This document shows, one piece after another, positions 1 to 14,241 of a DNA stretch of 64,000 nt (within the stretch, counting starts at the first letter, position 1; every line of letters begins with the position of its first letter). A program made the translations under genes and the position numbers. The stretch comes from Lytechinus pictus (taxonomy: Eukaryota). The notes beneath the pieces are model-generated. The model made no database searches, had not been told where the DNA came from, and was given only the letters and a program-made list of their open reading frames with translations. The stretch lies in NCBI RefSeq assembly GCF_037042905.1, contig NC_087252.1, positions 18,602,001 through 18,666,000 of the forward strand, given 5' to 3'.

Positions 1-1223
1 TCTTGCCAAGTCGTCTAAAATAAGTTACATGTCAACATAGCGACATATCGGGATTCTCGCCGGGACTTGTACACTTCATATCTCGCCATGTGGACATATC
101 GACTTGACAAGATAGAATATATCGCTATGTCGAAATAATAAGCGTATTAACTCTTACTGTGCCAATACGAATACCCCTTGACTGCCAGGGGTATTCAATG
201 GAATCCTAAATTGACCGAAACGTGAGCAGCGACTGATTTTAAAACGGTCATATTTTTTTACCCGTACGTTGTATAATAAAACTTTCTACACATGAAATGA
301 TGCATGGTTCATGGGCTTTATAATCGTGTTATTATCTTTCATATTCGCGTTTGGAAAAAATGAGAAAATATGTAATATTTTACATCGTTTTTTTTTCAAT
401 AAGTAAAACCTAGAAAATAATGATTTCATGAACATTTCAAAGAGTAAATAACCTAAGGAATTGTAGAGATACCAAGAAATTACGAAGATAAAATGAAAGT
501 TCAATGTTTAACCTTTCAAATGACGTATCTATTTATGAAATTGAACAAACAGAAATAACGAAAAAGTATGCTCTTTTGAATGAAATACTATTTTGCTATT
601 CAAGTTATTTCCTCTGAAGTACGAGAGAGTATGTATAAAGGCATTGTCTTCGATCAAGTGACCAATCACAGCACAGCTGCGATCCCCACGCAAACACACA
701 CAATAATATATTAGTGCCATGTATCTTCAAAGTGCGGCCAACCATACCCTTTCATTCGTGTAGTCTTCAAAATAAGACTCTGTATTTTTTTTATTCGTAG
801 TGTAAAAAACAAAGTTATTGCCAGTCAGAAGGAGACAAAGTATAAAAGAACTAAAGATGATATATTGAAATATAGATAAAGAGGGGTCGGACAGATTCAA
901 TACTTACAAGTTTGGGGTATAAAATCCCACAAAATAATATGGGCGTTCTTGGCAAAGTGCACAGAAGTAAGAAAAAAACAGTTTAAATGTTTTTGTGAAT
1001 CAAAGAAGAGGGAATGCAGATCAGTTACAAACAAAAAAATCAATACAAATTTTCAAAAATAAAATAGGCCTATTTGTTCTGTATTACTGGTCTGACCAAA
1101 GTAGCCACCTGTTAACATTCTACGTGAGTACATTCTTTTGTTCATGCCACCAAGTCATGAACAATAGATGCCCAGACTCTCTTTCATGAGGAATCTCTAA
1201 TCCGCGCTCCCTCCTGACCTATT

Positions 1224-1893
1224 AGCGCGTTTTCGCCCAGCGTCGTACGACGCTATCTACGACGTAGAACGATCTCTTGGTTCGTGCGTCCGTCGCGCTC
1301 AACTCTCGCTTGTAAGCAGTTTCGCAAATCGCTGAACGCGGCCGGATCGACCGGCTGGCATGGCTGGCATGTAATGTTGACACGCCAACATATGCATTGT
1401 ATATGTTCCTACTATGTGCACACAACTGGCAGTGCCATGTGTCTTGCAGTCGCGTCGTCGACCGAGCCATGCAACGGCTTTTCAATCATATTTCAATAAT
1501 CATACTCGTTTAAACTTCTACTGTAACATTTTGAAATTATACTTAGCTTGATTTTAGTATAATTGAAATGGTACTCACCGAAAAACTCGCATTCGAGTCC
1601 ATGTTTTGAAGCTTTCAGCTATCAGTGTAGTCAGAGTAGAGTACAACATGTGCATGCACGCGATGGGCGAATGTGTTTACATCGGCTCAGCTTGCTCGCT
1701 CTACAAGCGATCTGATTGGCTGTTGACGGCTGTTGACAAATCCTACGTTCTAATGCGGACGCCCGCTAATTTGCGGAAGAACCGTCCGTGATTTGAGCTC
1801 AAGAACGCTCGGGCCTCTGTTTCCATGGAAGTTGGCGATTTTTGCACACGACCCTTACGTTCTACGTCGTACGACGCTGGGCGAAAACGCGCT
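1224..1893. mobile_element. MITE, PIF/Harbinger-like
   Basis: TIR AGCGCGTTTTCGCCCAGCGTCGTACGACG at both ends, 3-bp direct repeat ATT on both flanks, no coding capacity. Confidence 0.8.
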
Positions 1894-2679
1894 ATTATCT
1901 AAAAGAAGAGTAATTTAGCACAGGATGTTCATAGAAATCGGGGCTCACGCGTGTCTTTTGATTTGACTTTTGAATACTTTCAAAGGTTCCGGTATTGATT
2001 TCTTATGGGTGACCCAGGTAAAGAGAAAACAATTTGCCCCCCTACAGAAAAATCCTGCATCCGCCCAGGGCCTCCCCAGCTCGTAGCACTATCCATGGTA
2101 AAAGAAATAATTTGTTCAGATAACATAGTGTACAATAATATGCGTGGTATAAAGAATTGTAATATTCAACCCGTTATCATCATTATCATTTCCATTTCTA
2201 CTCTCTAAAGTCGATTTAAAATCCCCTTGATAGTGACGTCAATGATGCAGCAACTAACATGTCGGTCTAATCGGTTTTGTTAATGTATCCCTTTCTTTCT
2301 TTTCCTAAAAACATCTGATATCACTTTATAAACTCCGTTTACTTTTTCTCTGACCAATGGTTTGATTTAGCAAAGGAAAAACATCCACCTTGAAAAAAAA
2401 TAAATCTTGAGACGAATAAAGCGGTATTATCGGCCGTTTTAATTATTACATTTATTTTTCTGCTTCTTGCTATTTAATTCGAGGAAAATATTGAACGATT
2501 CATCTTTTTTTGAGAAGTTTGAATATGATATTGATAAGCATAACAATCATTTTTTTTATGATTTGGGCTATAAAAACACAAACGAATATGAACCGTTATT
2601 TACCTGATCTTAAGTTTATGAAGAGAGAGTTTGGCTGCAGAAAGAATGCAATTGATATGATTACAACAATTATTTTTGA

Positions 2680-2860
2680 ATAATAATCATGATGATGATG
2701 ATAATTCTGATGGCAATAACATTAATAATAATAAAAAGAAGGTGAAGGAGAAGAATAATGATAATAATAACAATAAAAATAATGATAATAATGATTATGA
2801 TAATAGTAATACTAATAATGATAATAATGATAACAATAATAAATGAATAAATAAATAATG
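2680..2860. repeat. Degenerate (ATA/GAT)n microsatellite
   Basis: Runs of aat/gat triplets. Confidence 0.85.
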
Positions 2861-3560
2861 AGTGTGATTATTGCAGTGCGCAGACGAGAGTTGGAAATGA
2901 CAGCCTTCTTTACTCATATATTTATAACGAGAACATTTTTGTGAGAATGCTAAAAACAAAGTATAAGACCTTTCCCCCGCCCCCTCCCCCACCCCCCCCA
3001 AAAAAACTCCCAAACCGTGCACATTTGCAGGCAGAAAAAGCCTTGACACAAGAATACTACCATACGGGCCTGCAAAACACCCGATCGATAGCTCATGAAT
3101 ATTCATGTAACAATAGCGAATGGGCGAGTAGTGTTGGGTGAGGAACATCGTACCGCTCTGTCATTGGTCAATTCCGAGCTGAATGCCTTCGCACATTCGC
3201 CTTTGCTCTGCCCATAGAAGTATGTGTATTGCTACACACAACCGTTATATCACACGTGTCTATAGGGGAAATCTTGATTCAGATCGCGGCAATATCCGAA
3301 ATCAACTCCTCAAAATAATGATGCAAAAATACAATTTTACTCAAAAAATGTCTATGTAAACCACTATTTTTTATATGATAAAATGAATTGTGAATTAATT
3401 GCCAGTATAACAACATTAAAAACACAGAATATGGTGTTGATTTTCTGGCTGTAAAATTGGATAAACAAAAAAAAATAATTGGGCACGTATACGTGCCAAT
3501 GGCACTAGAGGGCTAAGGGCACGCATAGCTGCCAATGGCTCTTAAAGAGTTAACTACTTA

Positions 3561-3875
3561 GGCGGCAGAAGCGGGGGGGGGGGGGACCTTTCCCCCCTAA
3601 ATTTGAGGTGGGGGACGGTCCCCCCTAGATTTTTAGTTGAGAACCTTTTTTTTTTGCTTGTCAATTTGTTTTCTACGTCCCCCCTAAATTGAGGTGGACC
3701 CCCCCTAAAATATTTTTGCCCCCCCCTAATTTTGGTTGATAACATTTTTTTCTTGTCAAAAAATTTTGGTGGTCCTTCATATAAATTTTGGTTGATTTGC
3801 TCGTCAAATTTTTTACCTGTGTCCATCCCAAAATTTCAGGTGGACCCCCCTAATTTTTTTTTGCCTTCCGCCGCC
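3561..3875. mobile_element. Small MITE-like repeat with G/C-run termini
   Basis: GGCGGCAGAAG at the left end, CTTCCGCCGCC at the right end; internal CCCCCTAAATT repeats. Confidence 0.5.
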
Positions 3876-4788
3876 AATGATTAATTAAGACATGGCAAGA
3901 TAAAGTACCACGCCATGTCGTCACGTTGATGGCATTTTCAAGGCTCCGTACTAGGGGTAATTATCCGGGGTAATTGTCTGGAGGGTAAATATCCGGGGGG
4001 CGGGGGGTATCAGTCCCCGGCGGTAAAAATATGGGGATAATATTTTCCTTGAAGTAGTTGTCAGGGGGTGATTGCCCTAATTGGGTTATTGTTATAGAAC
4101 CCAGGTGCGGATCCAGGATTTCGTGGGGAGGGAGGGGGGGGGGGCAAATTTTACCTGATTTTTGGCGCCCATATGTGTACTTTTCGAAAAATAGCGGCCA
4201 CTCCCTCCCGGCCAGGCTAACTTAAGTGCCTTAAATGGATTAACTTATAATCACATTAAAAAAAACAAAGATCACTTTTTCATGTGTTCTTGAAAAAAAA
4301 AAAATTCCATGAATATATAATGTAATATCAATGGGAGCGCGAAGCACGAGTTATTATTATTATTATTTTTTTTTTTTTTGGGGGGGGGGGTTCAATTTGG
4401 TTTAACTTCTACCCAGAGTAGGCCTTACCTAAAATATTGTGTGAACGGGAGCTGTAGTTTCTGTACTGTTGTGTTAGAATACCCTTCAATAATATTAATG
4501 ATAACCTCTTGGGAATAATGCAATCTCGAAGCAATCGACTAATTCTCCTCATCAGTGGCGTATTTATTCAGCATGGGTGCACAGGGGGGGGGGGGGGGGT
4601 GACGAGGGCACCAAGTTAAAAAAGATTAATGAAATGGGGGGGGGGGGTAGACGTCAAAGAAAATCTGAGATTTCATTCTTAAAAACAAATTGAGGTATCT
4701 CACAAAACCTAAATAAATAATGAGAACGCGAAGCGCGATCTTTTTTTTAAAATAGATTTTTCATGTATTTTATCCTGAAAGCCTAAGT

Positions 4789-6100
4789 CAGGGGCGGACC
4801 CAGCTTCCGCCAATAGGGTGAGGGGGCATTTTTTCACCCATATTTTCCCCGATCGGCCGCTCAAAGTTGATTTTTTTTTTTTTCTTTGAAGGGGTTGTCC
4901 TAGTGCCGTAATGAGCCAACAATTTCGAGGGGGCTCGATATGGTGTATCGCATAAAATCAATAAGAAGTTGCCAGTGAGCGAAGCGAGCAAGCAAATATC
5001 CTGACATTTTTATTACAAAAATACAAGGTTGTGATAGATTTTGACATAACATTTGGAAAATAATATTATATTTCATCCTAATCCCTTTCCTTTTCTCTCT
5101 ATTTTATTTTTTTATTTTTTTTTTTTGGGGGGGGGGGGCAAAACACCCATGTCCTAACAGTCATTTCCTAGCTTTACTTTATAAGCAACATGAATGTGTA
5201 ATAATCTCTTAAGCCCTATGTAATCTAAAAATGAAATTTCATGTATTTTGTCCTGAAAATTGAAAATTTTGGGCAATGTTTGTGAACCTGAACAGGTCGC
5301 GTATGTAACTAGATAATTACCAAGAGCGCGAAGCGCGAGCAGAAATATTCGTTCTGGCCTGGTCGAAAAGGGACCTGTTAAGGATATTTTGCAGTTAGCC
5401 ATTAAGACGATACATATTTCAACGGTTAAATAATGCGAGCGCGAAGCGCGAGCTGAACAGTTTTTTAATATTCCAACCTAAAAAGATAAGATTTCAAATC
5501 CCCCAATGGGACATTCGATTCATGTTTGTCAATCATGAAAAAGGATGAGTAATTTTTGGTATCTTCCTACAATAATAATGCGAGCACAAAGCGCGAGCAG
5601 AAAATTTTTGATATTCTGGTTCGAAACTGGATAATCTTAATTTTTGAATAAGATCAAGCTTTGTATCTCAAAAACATGCGTGCGCGTGTTTTAGAGATAG
5701 ACAGAATCCTGGCAATCTGAATACATTTCATTTTTCATCATAAAAATCAATAATGCGAGCGCAGAGCCCGAGCTGAAAATAATATTTGAAATTCCGATAT
5801 GAAAAGAGTCAATTTAAGCACTGGTTACAGCACTGTGTATATAGGGAAATTTGATAGCACTACATAAATAATGCGAGCGCGAAGCGCGAGCTGATATTTT
5901 ATTATCTATTTGACCTAGGATAGAGACATTTTAAGCCTAAGGACATTCTGTCATCATATAAGAATGATGACTATCTTCTATTTCTTTTCCTAAAACTTGT
6001 TGATATTTATTTCTGAAGAAGGGACAATTTAGTTATTATGAATTCATACAAATTTTATAACTTTGCCCTCCCTCCCCCTCTCTGAAACATGTATTTGTCG
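4789..6100 (+). repeat. Interspersed repeat family with CAGGGGCGGA(T/C)CC-type end and periodic GCGAGCGCGAAGCGCGAGC motifs
   Basis: Related sequence at 9260-11057 and 43045-43200; the motif recurs every ~100-180 bp. Right boundary approximate. Confidence 0.65.
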
Positions 6101-6184
6101 CATTATGGTCAAAATTCAAATTAGCGCTCCCCTAGTTCGAACATCAATTGGGTGCCCCGCTAGATCGAACATCAATTCGGCGCC

Positions 6185-6426
6185 CCATCTTTTTCCTCCT
6201 TTTCATTTCTACTTTCTTTTCTTCTCTTCCTTTTCCCTCCTTTTTTTTACTCTTCTTTCCCCTTTTCTTTTCCATTTTTTTCTTTGTCTTTCCTTTCCCC
6301 TTTTTCTTCTCTTTTTTTTCTTCTCTTCCTTTCTCCTTCTTACTCTCTTTTATATTCTCTTCTTCTCCCATCTTCCTCTTTCTTTTTTATTCTCTCCCTT
6401 TTCCCCTCTCCCCCCCTCTTTTTTTT
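6185..6426. repeat. Polypyrimidine low-complexity tract
   Basis: Almost only C/T; source of the F/L/S-rich and K/E-rich spurious ORFs. Confidence 0.9.
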
Positions 6427-6558
6427 GAGCTGGGGGGGGGGGGGGGTGAGGCAGTTCCCCTTCGGCCCACCTGATAGAACCCCATGGCCTCGTATCATTT
6501 GACCTTTGGACCTCTCGATGACATTTGATATATCTGATCATAATTTTACACACACTGT

Positions 6559-6672
6559 GGACTATCGGACCCGCGGTCTATCGGACCCGCGGAATATCGG
6601 ACCCGCGGTCTATCGGACCCGCGGTCTAACGGACCCGCGGTCTATCGGACCCGCGGTCTATCGGGATGTCCC
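6559..6672. repeat. 16-bp tandem repeat (TATCGGACCCGCGGTC), about 6-7 copies
   Basis: Directly adjacent near-identical units without spacers. Confidence 0.9.
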
Positions 6673-6674
6673 CT

Positions 6675-9137
6675 TATGTACAATATGAATGGGGAAAAAC
6701 AAAATTTCACAAAAGTGAGCACTAAATGCAAGTAATTGTGATTTTTAGTGAAATAATGGATGAAAACATGATTGCTAACGAAATGTATCATTCGTTATGT
6801 CATGTATGTAATAAATTAAGCATTTTAATATTCAAAAAGCCACCAAATACCCTGACATTATTGTGTAAAATGTTAATAGGGACAAAAGAAAATCACAAGA
6901 GTGATTACTAAAATGCATATTACTAGTATTAAGATAAGCGAGTAGAATACTGGCTAAAACACATTTTTTTACGAAATATAAGTGCAATTTATGTGATAAA
7001 TGATGTATTTTGACATTCAAAATATCCGCCATAGGCCAATTATACATTATGTACAATGCGATTGGAGAAATTAATTTTCACAAGAGTAAGAACTATAAAA
7101 TGCATGTAATTGTGATCACCGAGTAAAATAATGTCTGAAAACACGTTTTCTAGCAAAACATATCATTTCTTTTGTCATGCATGAGATAAATGATGCATTG
7201 TGAAATTCAAAATGCCCCCTATAGGCCCTAACAATATTATATATAAACAATGTACATAGGGACATGTAATTTTGTAGGAATTTGGATTTACTCGACTATG
7301 AAATCCATAAAATCCTGTTGTATGATAAAACATTATTTGAAAACATGATTTTTATGAAATATAGCATTTCTTCTGTTATGTAAGTGATAAATACTATATT
7401 TTGACATTCAAACTAGCTGATACAAGCCCTAACTAAATTATGTTACATGCGTATAGGGAATATACTTTTTACAAGAGTGAGAATCATAAAATGCATGTAA
7501 CTGTGATGTATGAGTAAAAATATTGTCTTAAACATGCTTTCTAAATAAATGCATTACATATTGGTCACGGAGGTAATAAATGCTGTACTTTGAAATTCAA
7601 AATGGCTGACATAGGTCCTAAAAGTATTATGTACATTGTAATTGTGGACATATAATTTTGCCAGAGTTTGGCTTTGCTTGACTATAAGTATTGCATATAA
7701 TTGGGATGTAAGAGTGAAATATTGTCAAAAACCATGTTTCTTAACGAGGTATATCGTATCTGGTGCATTTAAGGTGATAAAATGCTGCATTCTGAAATGG
7801 AAAATGGCCGCCATGGGCCCTTATCGTATTATGCATAATTTGAATGAGGACAGATAATCTTCACAAAAGGGCATATGGCGGCCATTTTGAATTTTGAAAT
7901 ATAACATTTATCACCTAAATTTTAGATGACATGATATATTTTGTTAGTAATCATGTCTTCAGACAATATTTCACTCATGCAACACCATTTAGTCAAGCAA
8001 AGCCAAAATCTGTTAAAATCATTTGTCCCCATTCACATTGTACATAATACTGTTGGGGCCTGTAGCGGCCATTTTTACTCTCAAAATACAGTATTTATCA
8101 CCTACCTGGCAAAAGAACTGATATATCTTGTTAGAAACAATGCTTTTAGACAATATTTTACTCATAAATCACAATTTCGTGCATTTATGGTGCTCACTCG
8201 CGTGAAAATTTATTTCCTAGTTCACATTGTACATAATACAATTAATGTATATGACGGCCATTTTGAAAGTCAAAATAGAGTATTAAACACAAACTTTTAA
8301 CCTGTTTGATATAGTCCGTTTGTAAAAATTATGTTTTTTTTTAAACAGTATCCCATTTATTCATCACAAATAAATGCATTTCAGTGCTCACTCTTGTGAT
8401 TTCTTAGGTCCTCTTTCTCATTGTACATCATACTGTTAGGGCCTTTGGCGGCCATTTTGAATATCAAAATACAGCATTTATCACATACATTGCATATTAA
8501 ATAATATATTTCGTTAGCAATTGTGTTTTTAGTCAGTATTCCACTCGTTTCTCTTAATAATATGCATTTTAGTGCTAACTCTTGCGATTTTTGTTGGCCC
8601 CTTTGCCATAGAAAATAATACTATTTGGGCCAGTGGCAGCTATTTTGAATATCAAATACAACAATTTTTCCATACATGACATAATAAATGATATAGCATG
8701 TTAGCATTGATGATTTTCATGCATTACTTCATCCATAGATCACAATTACCTGCAGTTTAGTGATAATTTCTGTGAAAAAATATAATTTTCCCTATTCATA
8801 TTGGACATAATAGGGTATACAGAGGTCTGTGGCGGCCAATTTGAATATCAAGAAATAAATATTTTGTCAAAAAATTGTTTTTTCAGAGAGTATTTCACTA
8901 TTGCAACACAATTACGTACATTTTATAGCCAATTTGCTGTCAATTTTATGATTTTAATGGGCAATATGCATATTTTGGCGGCCATATTGGATTTTGCCAA
9001 TTTGCGGAAATTTCTCAAGGTTACACGAGTGGCATCATTCAGATTCGTAACCAGCACCCTCGACTTGACAAGAAACCATGCATCAAAAAGTATTGTATAT
9101 ATGAAAAACGAGGTTATGCCTCTTCTATCCTGGACTA
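6675..9137. mobile_element. Foldback-type element: ~200-bp tandem units arranged as an inverted repeat, with an Academ-like right end
   Basis: TTCAAAATGGC-type units in the left half, GGCGGCCATTTTGAA units in the right half, flip near 7870; ends CCTGGACTA. The superfamily is an inference. Confidence 0.6.
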
Positions 9138-9259
9138 CAAACCGTCTCGCCCTAAACCAGTATCCTTACAGCCGGGAGGGGGAGGGGGGGGGGGGGATAA
9201 ACTCCCCCTGAATATTTTTTTGCTGGAAAAAGTAAGCTCACCTACAGTAGAAGAGGCAA

Positions 9260-11057
9260 GTGGTGGATCCAGCTTTCTCCAATAGGGGGGCGGGAGCGAT
9301 TTTTTTCTTCCACTTTTTCCCCGATCGGCCGCTCAAAGATATTTTTGTTATTTTCTTTGAAGGGGCATCCTAACAGTCACTTCTTTGCTTAATTCTTATA
9401 AAACATTATTAATAATAATACTCAATATTTATGAAGAGCAAATTACATTAAAGTCTCTTAACGCTCTGAAAAGGTATTACAAATATGTAATAATCTCATA
9501 ATTTTAGCCTATTTCATTTCATTCATTTAGGTCTTATTTCCACAAATCCGTTATGTTACAAAACTTTGATAGCTTAACTTACATAACTAAGCTGAGCAAC
9601 CAATACACCCGTAGACTATATACGTTTAAATAGCAAGCATTCTTAATCAATACATATTAATACATGTTTAAGTACATAAAACGGAAAAGTGGAGGAAACC
9701 TTGGAAGCAAAATGCTTGTAGATAAGGTTCCCTTTTTTATACATTACTTTTGATATAACTACTTAATAACTACTTGATAACTACTTAATACTACTAAATA
9801 ACTACTTAATTTTTTAAAGATGCAAGTGCGAAGCGCGAGCTAAAATGTTTGGAAATGTTATGTTTTTTGTCCTGAAAATTGAAATTCTGTGCAATGTTTA
9901 TGATTTTAAATAAGATGCATAATAAATAATTAACGCGAGCGAGCATTCTGGCCTGATCGAAAAGGGGCCTGTTAAGGACCGTTTGCAGTTAGCCATCAAG
10001 ATGATAGGCCTACATATTTAAACAATTAGATAATAATGATAATGATAGTAACAATCCGCTTTTATATAGCGCTTGATACATCAGAACAACGTCTCTTTGC
10101 GCTTTACAGATAAATGTTATCATCCCGGTCATCGTATCCCTGCATGCTCGCATACAAAGTATGCACCCTGTCCACTCCTTGGGGAGCATTCCAACAAGAG
10201 TTTCAAAACTCTATTCTAGGCAAACTACAATGGCTTTCGCATCCTACCGGGTACCCATCTAACACCTTCGGTGGAGAGTGGCAAATTGTGACGCCTCGCC
10301 AAAGGGCAATAATGTGAGTGACATTGCGATCTAAAAGTGGACTTTATAAATACATTGTACTTTTGAATTTGACCTCACGTTGATATTTGGAAATTTATTG
10401 TATTTTGAAATCTGAAATTCTGTGCAATGTTTATGACTAAAAATTCACACAAGATGCATAATAAGATAATTACCGTGAGCGAGCATTCTTGCCTGATCGA
10501 GAAGGGGCCTGTAAAAGACTGTTTGTTGTTAGCCATAAAAATGATACATATTTCCACAATTAAATCATGCGAGCGCCAAGCGCGAGTTGATGATTTTTTA
10601 CCTTAAAAAAATTGACATTCTATGCATTTTTTTTTTTACTTTGAACGGAATAGATATATAACGAAAATGCGGAAAAAATTGAGATTCACACCTAAAAACA
10701 GGACACTCTATTCATCTTTTCCAAGTCATGAAAAGGATGGCTAATTGGTAATTTTCATACATTGATAATGCGAGCGCGAAGAACGAGCACATAAGTTTGA
10801 TAGTCAGATATGAATCTGCATGGATAAATTGAGCACGTTTTAAACAATGAACCAGCTGCGTATCTCCGTATGTGAACCAACAGAATGCGGTGCCACTGCG
10901 AATAGGCCTATTGGGTTCGGGCTGGCCGTTGCGAGGCCGTAACTTAAACATGGAAGTAATACCTCCTTCCTTTTTTTTCTGTTTTTAAGCGTTTCTCTCC
11001 CCCAAAATAGGGGGCGGGCCGGCCTGCTCGCCCCCCCCCCCCCTGATCCGCCCCTGG
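9260..11057 (+). mobile_element. Second copy of the GGCGGATCC-ended repeat family, interrupted by a SINE fragment
   Basis: GGTGGATCCAGCTT at the left, GATCCGCCCCTGG at the right; shares CCCGATCGGCCGCTCAAAG with 4848-4867. Confidence 0.6.
10030..10310 (-). mobile_element. 5'-truncated SINE fragment with L2-like tail
   Basis: Minus strand ends GCGCTATATAAAAGCGGATTG followed by a (TTA/TCA)n tail; the core resembles the SINE at 27770-28072. Confidence 0.55.
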
Positions 11058-12492
11058 AGACTGATGTCGCCTAGTGACTGCACTAATATACTTTCGGCAA
11101 AAATGATTATTATATTATTTTCCCCATGAGTTGTGAAATTTTGACACGCCGGGATCTCCTTGGTCCCAATCCCAATATGAAGAATACATTTCCTCGGCTA
11201 TAAAACAACAGTTATCATTCGTTTTTCCTATATTTATAGCAGGAAAATGGGAGTCCCAATTCCCGGTTCCACTTTCATTGCTAAATAAGTCTACGTTATG
11301 CCAATCAAGATGTGAGTGATGTCTTTGTCCTGCTCACGTCGCCACGCACCACAGTCATTCACATTTTTTCAACAGTTGAACTGCTCGTACACACACTGTA
11401 TGCGTGTATCCCGGAGGCCTATCTTCCTCTCATTTGTTGCAATAAAAGTTCATCTTTCCATCTATTATTAATTGTTTATTGTTTATTTAATAAGGGGTAG
11501 CCCATTCAACAACAGCTCCCATGGGGCGCCCCTATCTATTATTCGTCATTGGTATCCATTTGTCTTTGTCCATCCATTCTTGGGGTTAGGCCTATACATT
11601 CATCGGATGATCCATTCATATATATGCCTATTCATCCATCTATTCATTCTTTCAGTCATCCATCCATCCATCCATCCATCCACTGATGGATTGATTAGGC
11701 CTATAGGCTACCCCCACCCTCCCCATACTGGAGAAATACTCTGCGACCCATTCTCTGGAAATCCTTATTGATACACGTTTCAAAGCAGACGTAAATTACT
11801 ATCCCCTCGGACGTTGCTTCTCCAAGTTTGCTTAGTCTTCTTTCACGTACTTCGTTGCCCTGTTTCAAACGGCATGACTTGTAAAGTTCTGTTGTAAAAC
11901 ATGCCGGTCGGCCCCCGGGGTCGGCTCCGAAATTCACCCCTCTGCATACCTAGAGCGCAACGGTTCTACCATAGACCATAGCGCCGCGCAATATTGAATA
12001 TACTCAACTTCTCATTACTCCATATCTAGCTACAAGCTTTCTTGTGTGGCTGCAAGAATAAGAGTTTTCCGAGAAATCTTGCCCCTTACGTCTACCCCCC
12101 CCTAATTTTTTTTGCTTTCGCTCATGACGCCTCTGCTCTGCTTGTGTGACCAAATAACACTGTATTCTAAATTTGCAACTTGATGCATTGGTCGCATACA
12201 CACACTGTCACGGTCTACACGATGTAGACTACGCTACATACTTCGCATCAACAGGTTTCTCAGCTCACCTTTTGACATCGCAAGTTCAGTCTAAACAACG
12301 AAGAATAATCCTACTTTCATGTCAATACTGTGTGTCCTCCATGGTCCCATCAACTTTTATCTTCCTTTTATGTTTTGCTATTTTGTATCCCGCCCTGAAA
12401 ATAATCGTTTTTCTCTTCGCCCTTCCCTTTCTTCATACTCGGCCCTATAAAGAATGGGGGTGGCCGTCTATATATGTACATATGAAAATTTT

Positions 12493-12752
12493 TCATCTCG
12501 CTCTTTGCGCTCGCTTCAATATTGTTTAGTTAAAATTAGATGACAATCCTGTTCATGATTACCACATGTGCTTAGAATGTCAAAATTTTAGGTCAGAATA
12601 TCAATCACTTGGGCTTAAAAAGTGATTGATATTCTGAACTAAAATTCTGAAATTCTAAGCACTTTTGGTAATCATGAACAGGATTGTCATCATAGATATC
12701 TCTGATTGTCATCTACCTAACAATATTGATGCGAGTGCAAAGAGCGAGGTGG
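12493..12752. repeat. Imperfect ~260-bp palindrome
   Basis: GATGACAATCCTGTTCATGATTACCA versus TGGTAATCATGAACAGGATTGTCATC; centre near 12614. Confidence 0.75.
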
Positions 12753-13038
12753 CCGTCAAATCAAACTCGACCCTTGCCCTTCTTTGGGAATCTCGTATCT
12801 CCTTTAGTCTTGGAGTACTTTCAGATTCATGACATTAGATTCCGAAAGTAAGCCGTATTGGGCAATCCTTTGCTTCGTCATTCACGTTCGATAATCCAAG
12901 TGTCTGAATCCTTATTCACGTACGATACAATCATGGAGCTATAGCTCCATATAATATGCTTGTCCAGTGTGTGCTATCGCTAAGAGTGGATTATGTCTAA
13001 AGTAAACGTGCATGCAGAGCGCAAGCATATCGCTAGCT

Positions 13039-13318
13039 AGTCCGCCTCCTGGACTGTTGGTATTTTGTACGATACGACTACCAAACACAACACACTACAT
13101 CACCATAACACGCATACACACACCCCTGAATAGTCACACGAAACAACATTTTTTTTCGGGGAAAGTGAATCAGTGGGTTAGGTGAATCACTGGGGGTAAG
13201 TGAATCAGTGGAGGGCGTGTGTGTGTTGGTTATGTGTGCGCGTGGGGGTACCGGTACGGTCCGATAAGGTTTGCCCCTGGTTTGCCCAATCAATAAAAAT
13301 CGTCCAGGACGTGGACTA
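13039..13318. mobile_element. Small MITE
   Basis: Imperfect TIR TAGTCCGCCTCCTGGAC / GTCCAGGACGTGGACTA. Confidence 0.55.
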
Positions 13319-14241
13319 ATCGCTAGCCGGCTAGCATCGGCTCATTGAGCTTGCACGCAACGTTCGGTGTTTGCTTCTACTCAGCTACTTCTGCACACAG
13401 CGCTGCACTTTGTTGATACGGGGATTTCTTGATACGGCACATGCGCCATGACGTATTTCATCAATATGCATGAGGTTGTAATGAATATGCATGATTCGAA
13501 CGGTGTTCTAATATCAATTTATTTGTTAACTCGAGAGGGCGGAAACAAAATATATCGGTTAAACGATATCTTATAATATATATTTCATCCCTCAATATCA
13601 TGAAAACAGAAGAGTTATACCAATTTCTTTTGAGTGATACAGTAGAGCATTGATATAGATATTTAATAAAAATAATATCTTTACAATTGATTCACTGACC
13701 TTGTCTGAGATCAACCAATCATACACTATACCTTTAACACCAATGCAGTTTCTGCTGAAGAATGCTGATAATTAAGTAGCTCGCTCGCCTCGAACTTAAA
13801 TGCATAGCTTTATAATGACCCCTCAAACTTCAATAAAGCAAGGCTGTATAAAAAGTTCATTCTTATCTCTCGCAGTAATGCCTTTTATTCATAATATCCG
13901 CTCCAACCTGTATTCATTAACAGATTCGGGCCATTATTTGCCCAAAATATTTGGAAAATACGGATGGGGAGTATAAATACCTCCTGATATGTAAAGGAAA
14001 CGATATTACAGTTATATCCGTTAAAATCTAATGAAGGATTTTATCATTTGCAATGAACTTTGGACTTTAATTGATGATAATTAAAAAAGTGGATATTTCT
14101 TATGGTCATTTTATTTGACCCCTGTCAAAACAGGGACATTACATGTGCGGGGTTTGCAGACTAGATCGGGTGTGTATACCACATCAAGTACGTTTATCAC
14201 TCCGTCCTCTCCTCAAGAGCAAATTTTGGTCACTAGCTAAC

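Larger units (their letters stand above)
147..3553. mobile_element. Possible piggyBac-like non-autonomous element (TTAA-bounded) carrying nested insertions
   Basis: TTAACTCTT..GTGCCA at 147 and AAGAGTTAA ending 3553; the right end appears duplicated in tandem (3481-3553). The terminal match is short. Confidence 0.3.

Noticed and set aside
6063..6502. Hydrophobic and Lys/Glu-rich ORFs (also 38097-38384 and 39517-40226)
   Set aside because: Translations of polypyrimidine or polypurine tracts
6559..6672. CRISPR-like array
   Set aside because: The units are directly adjacent with no unique spacers, there are no cas genes, and the context is eukaryotic
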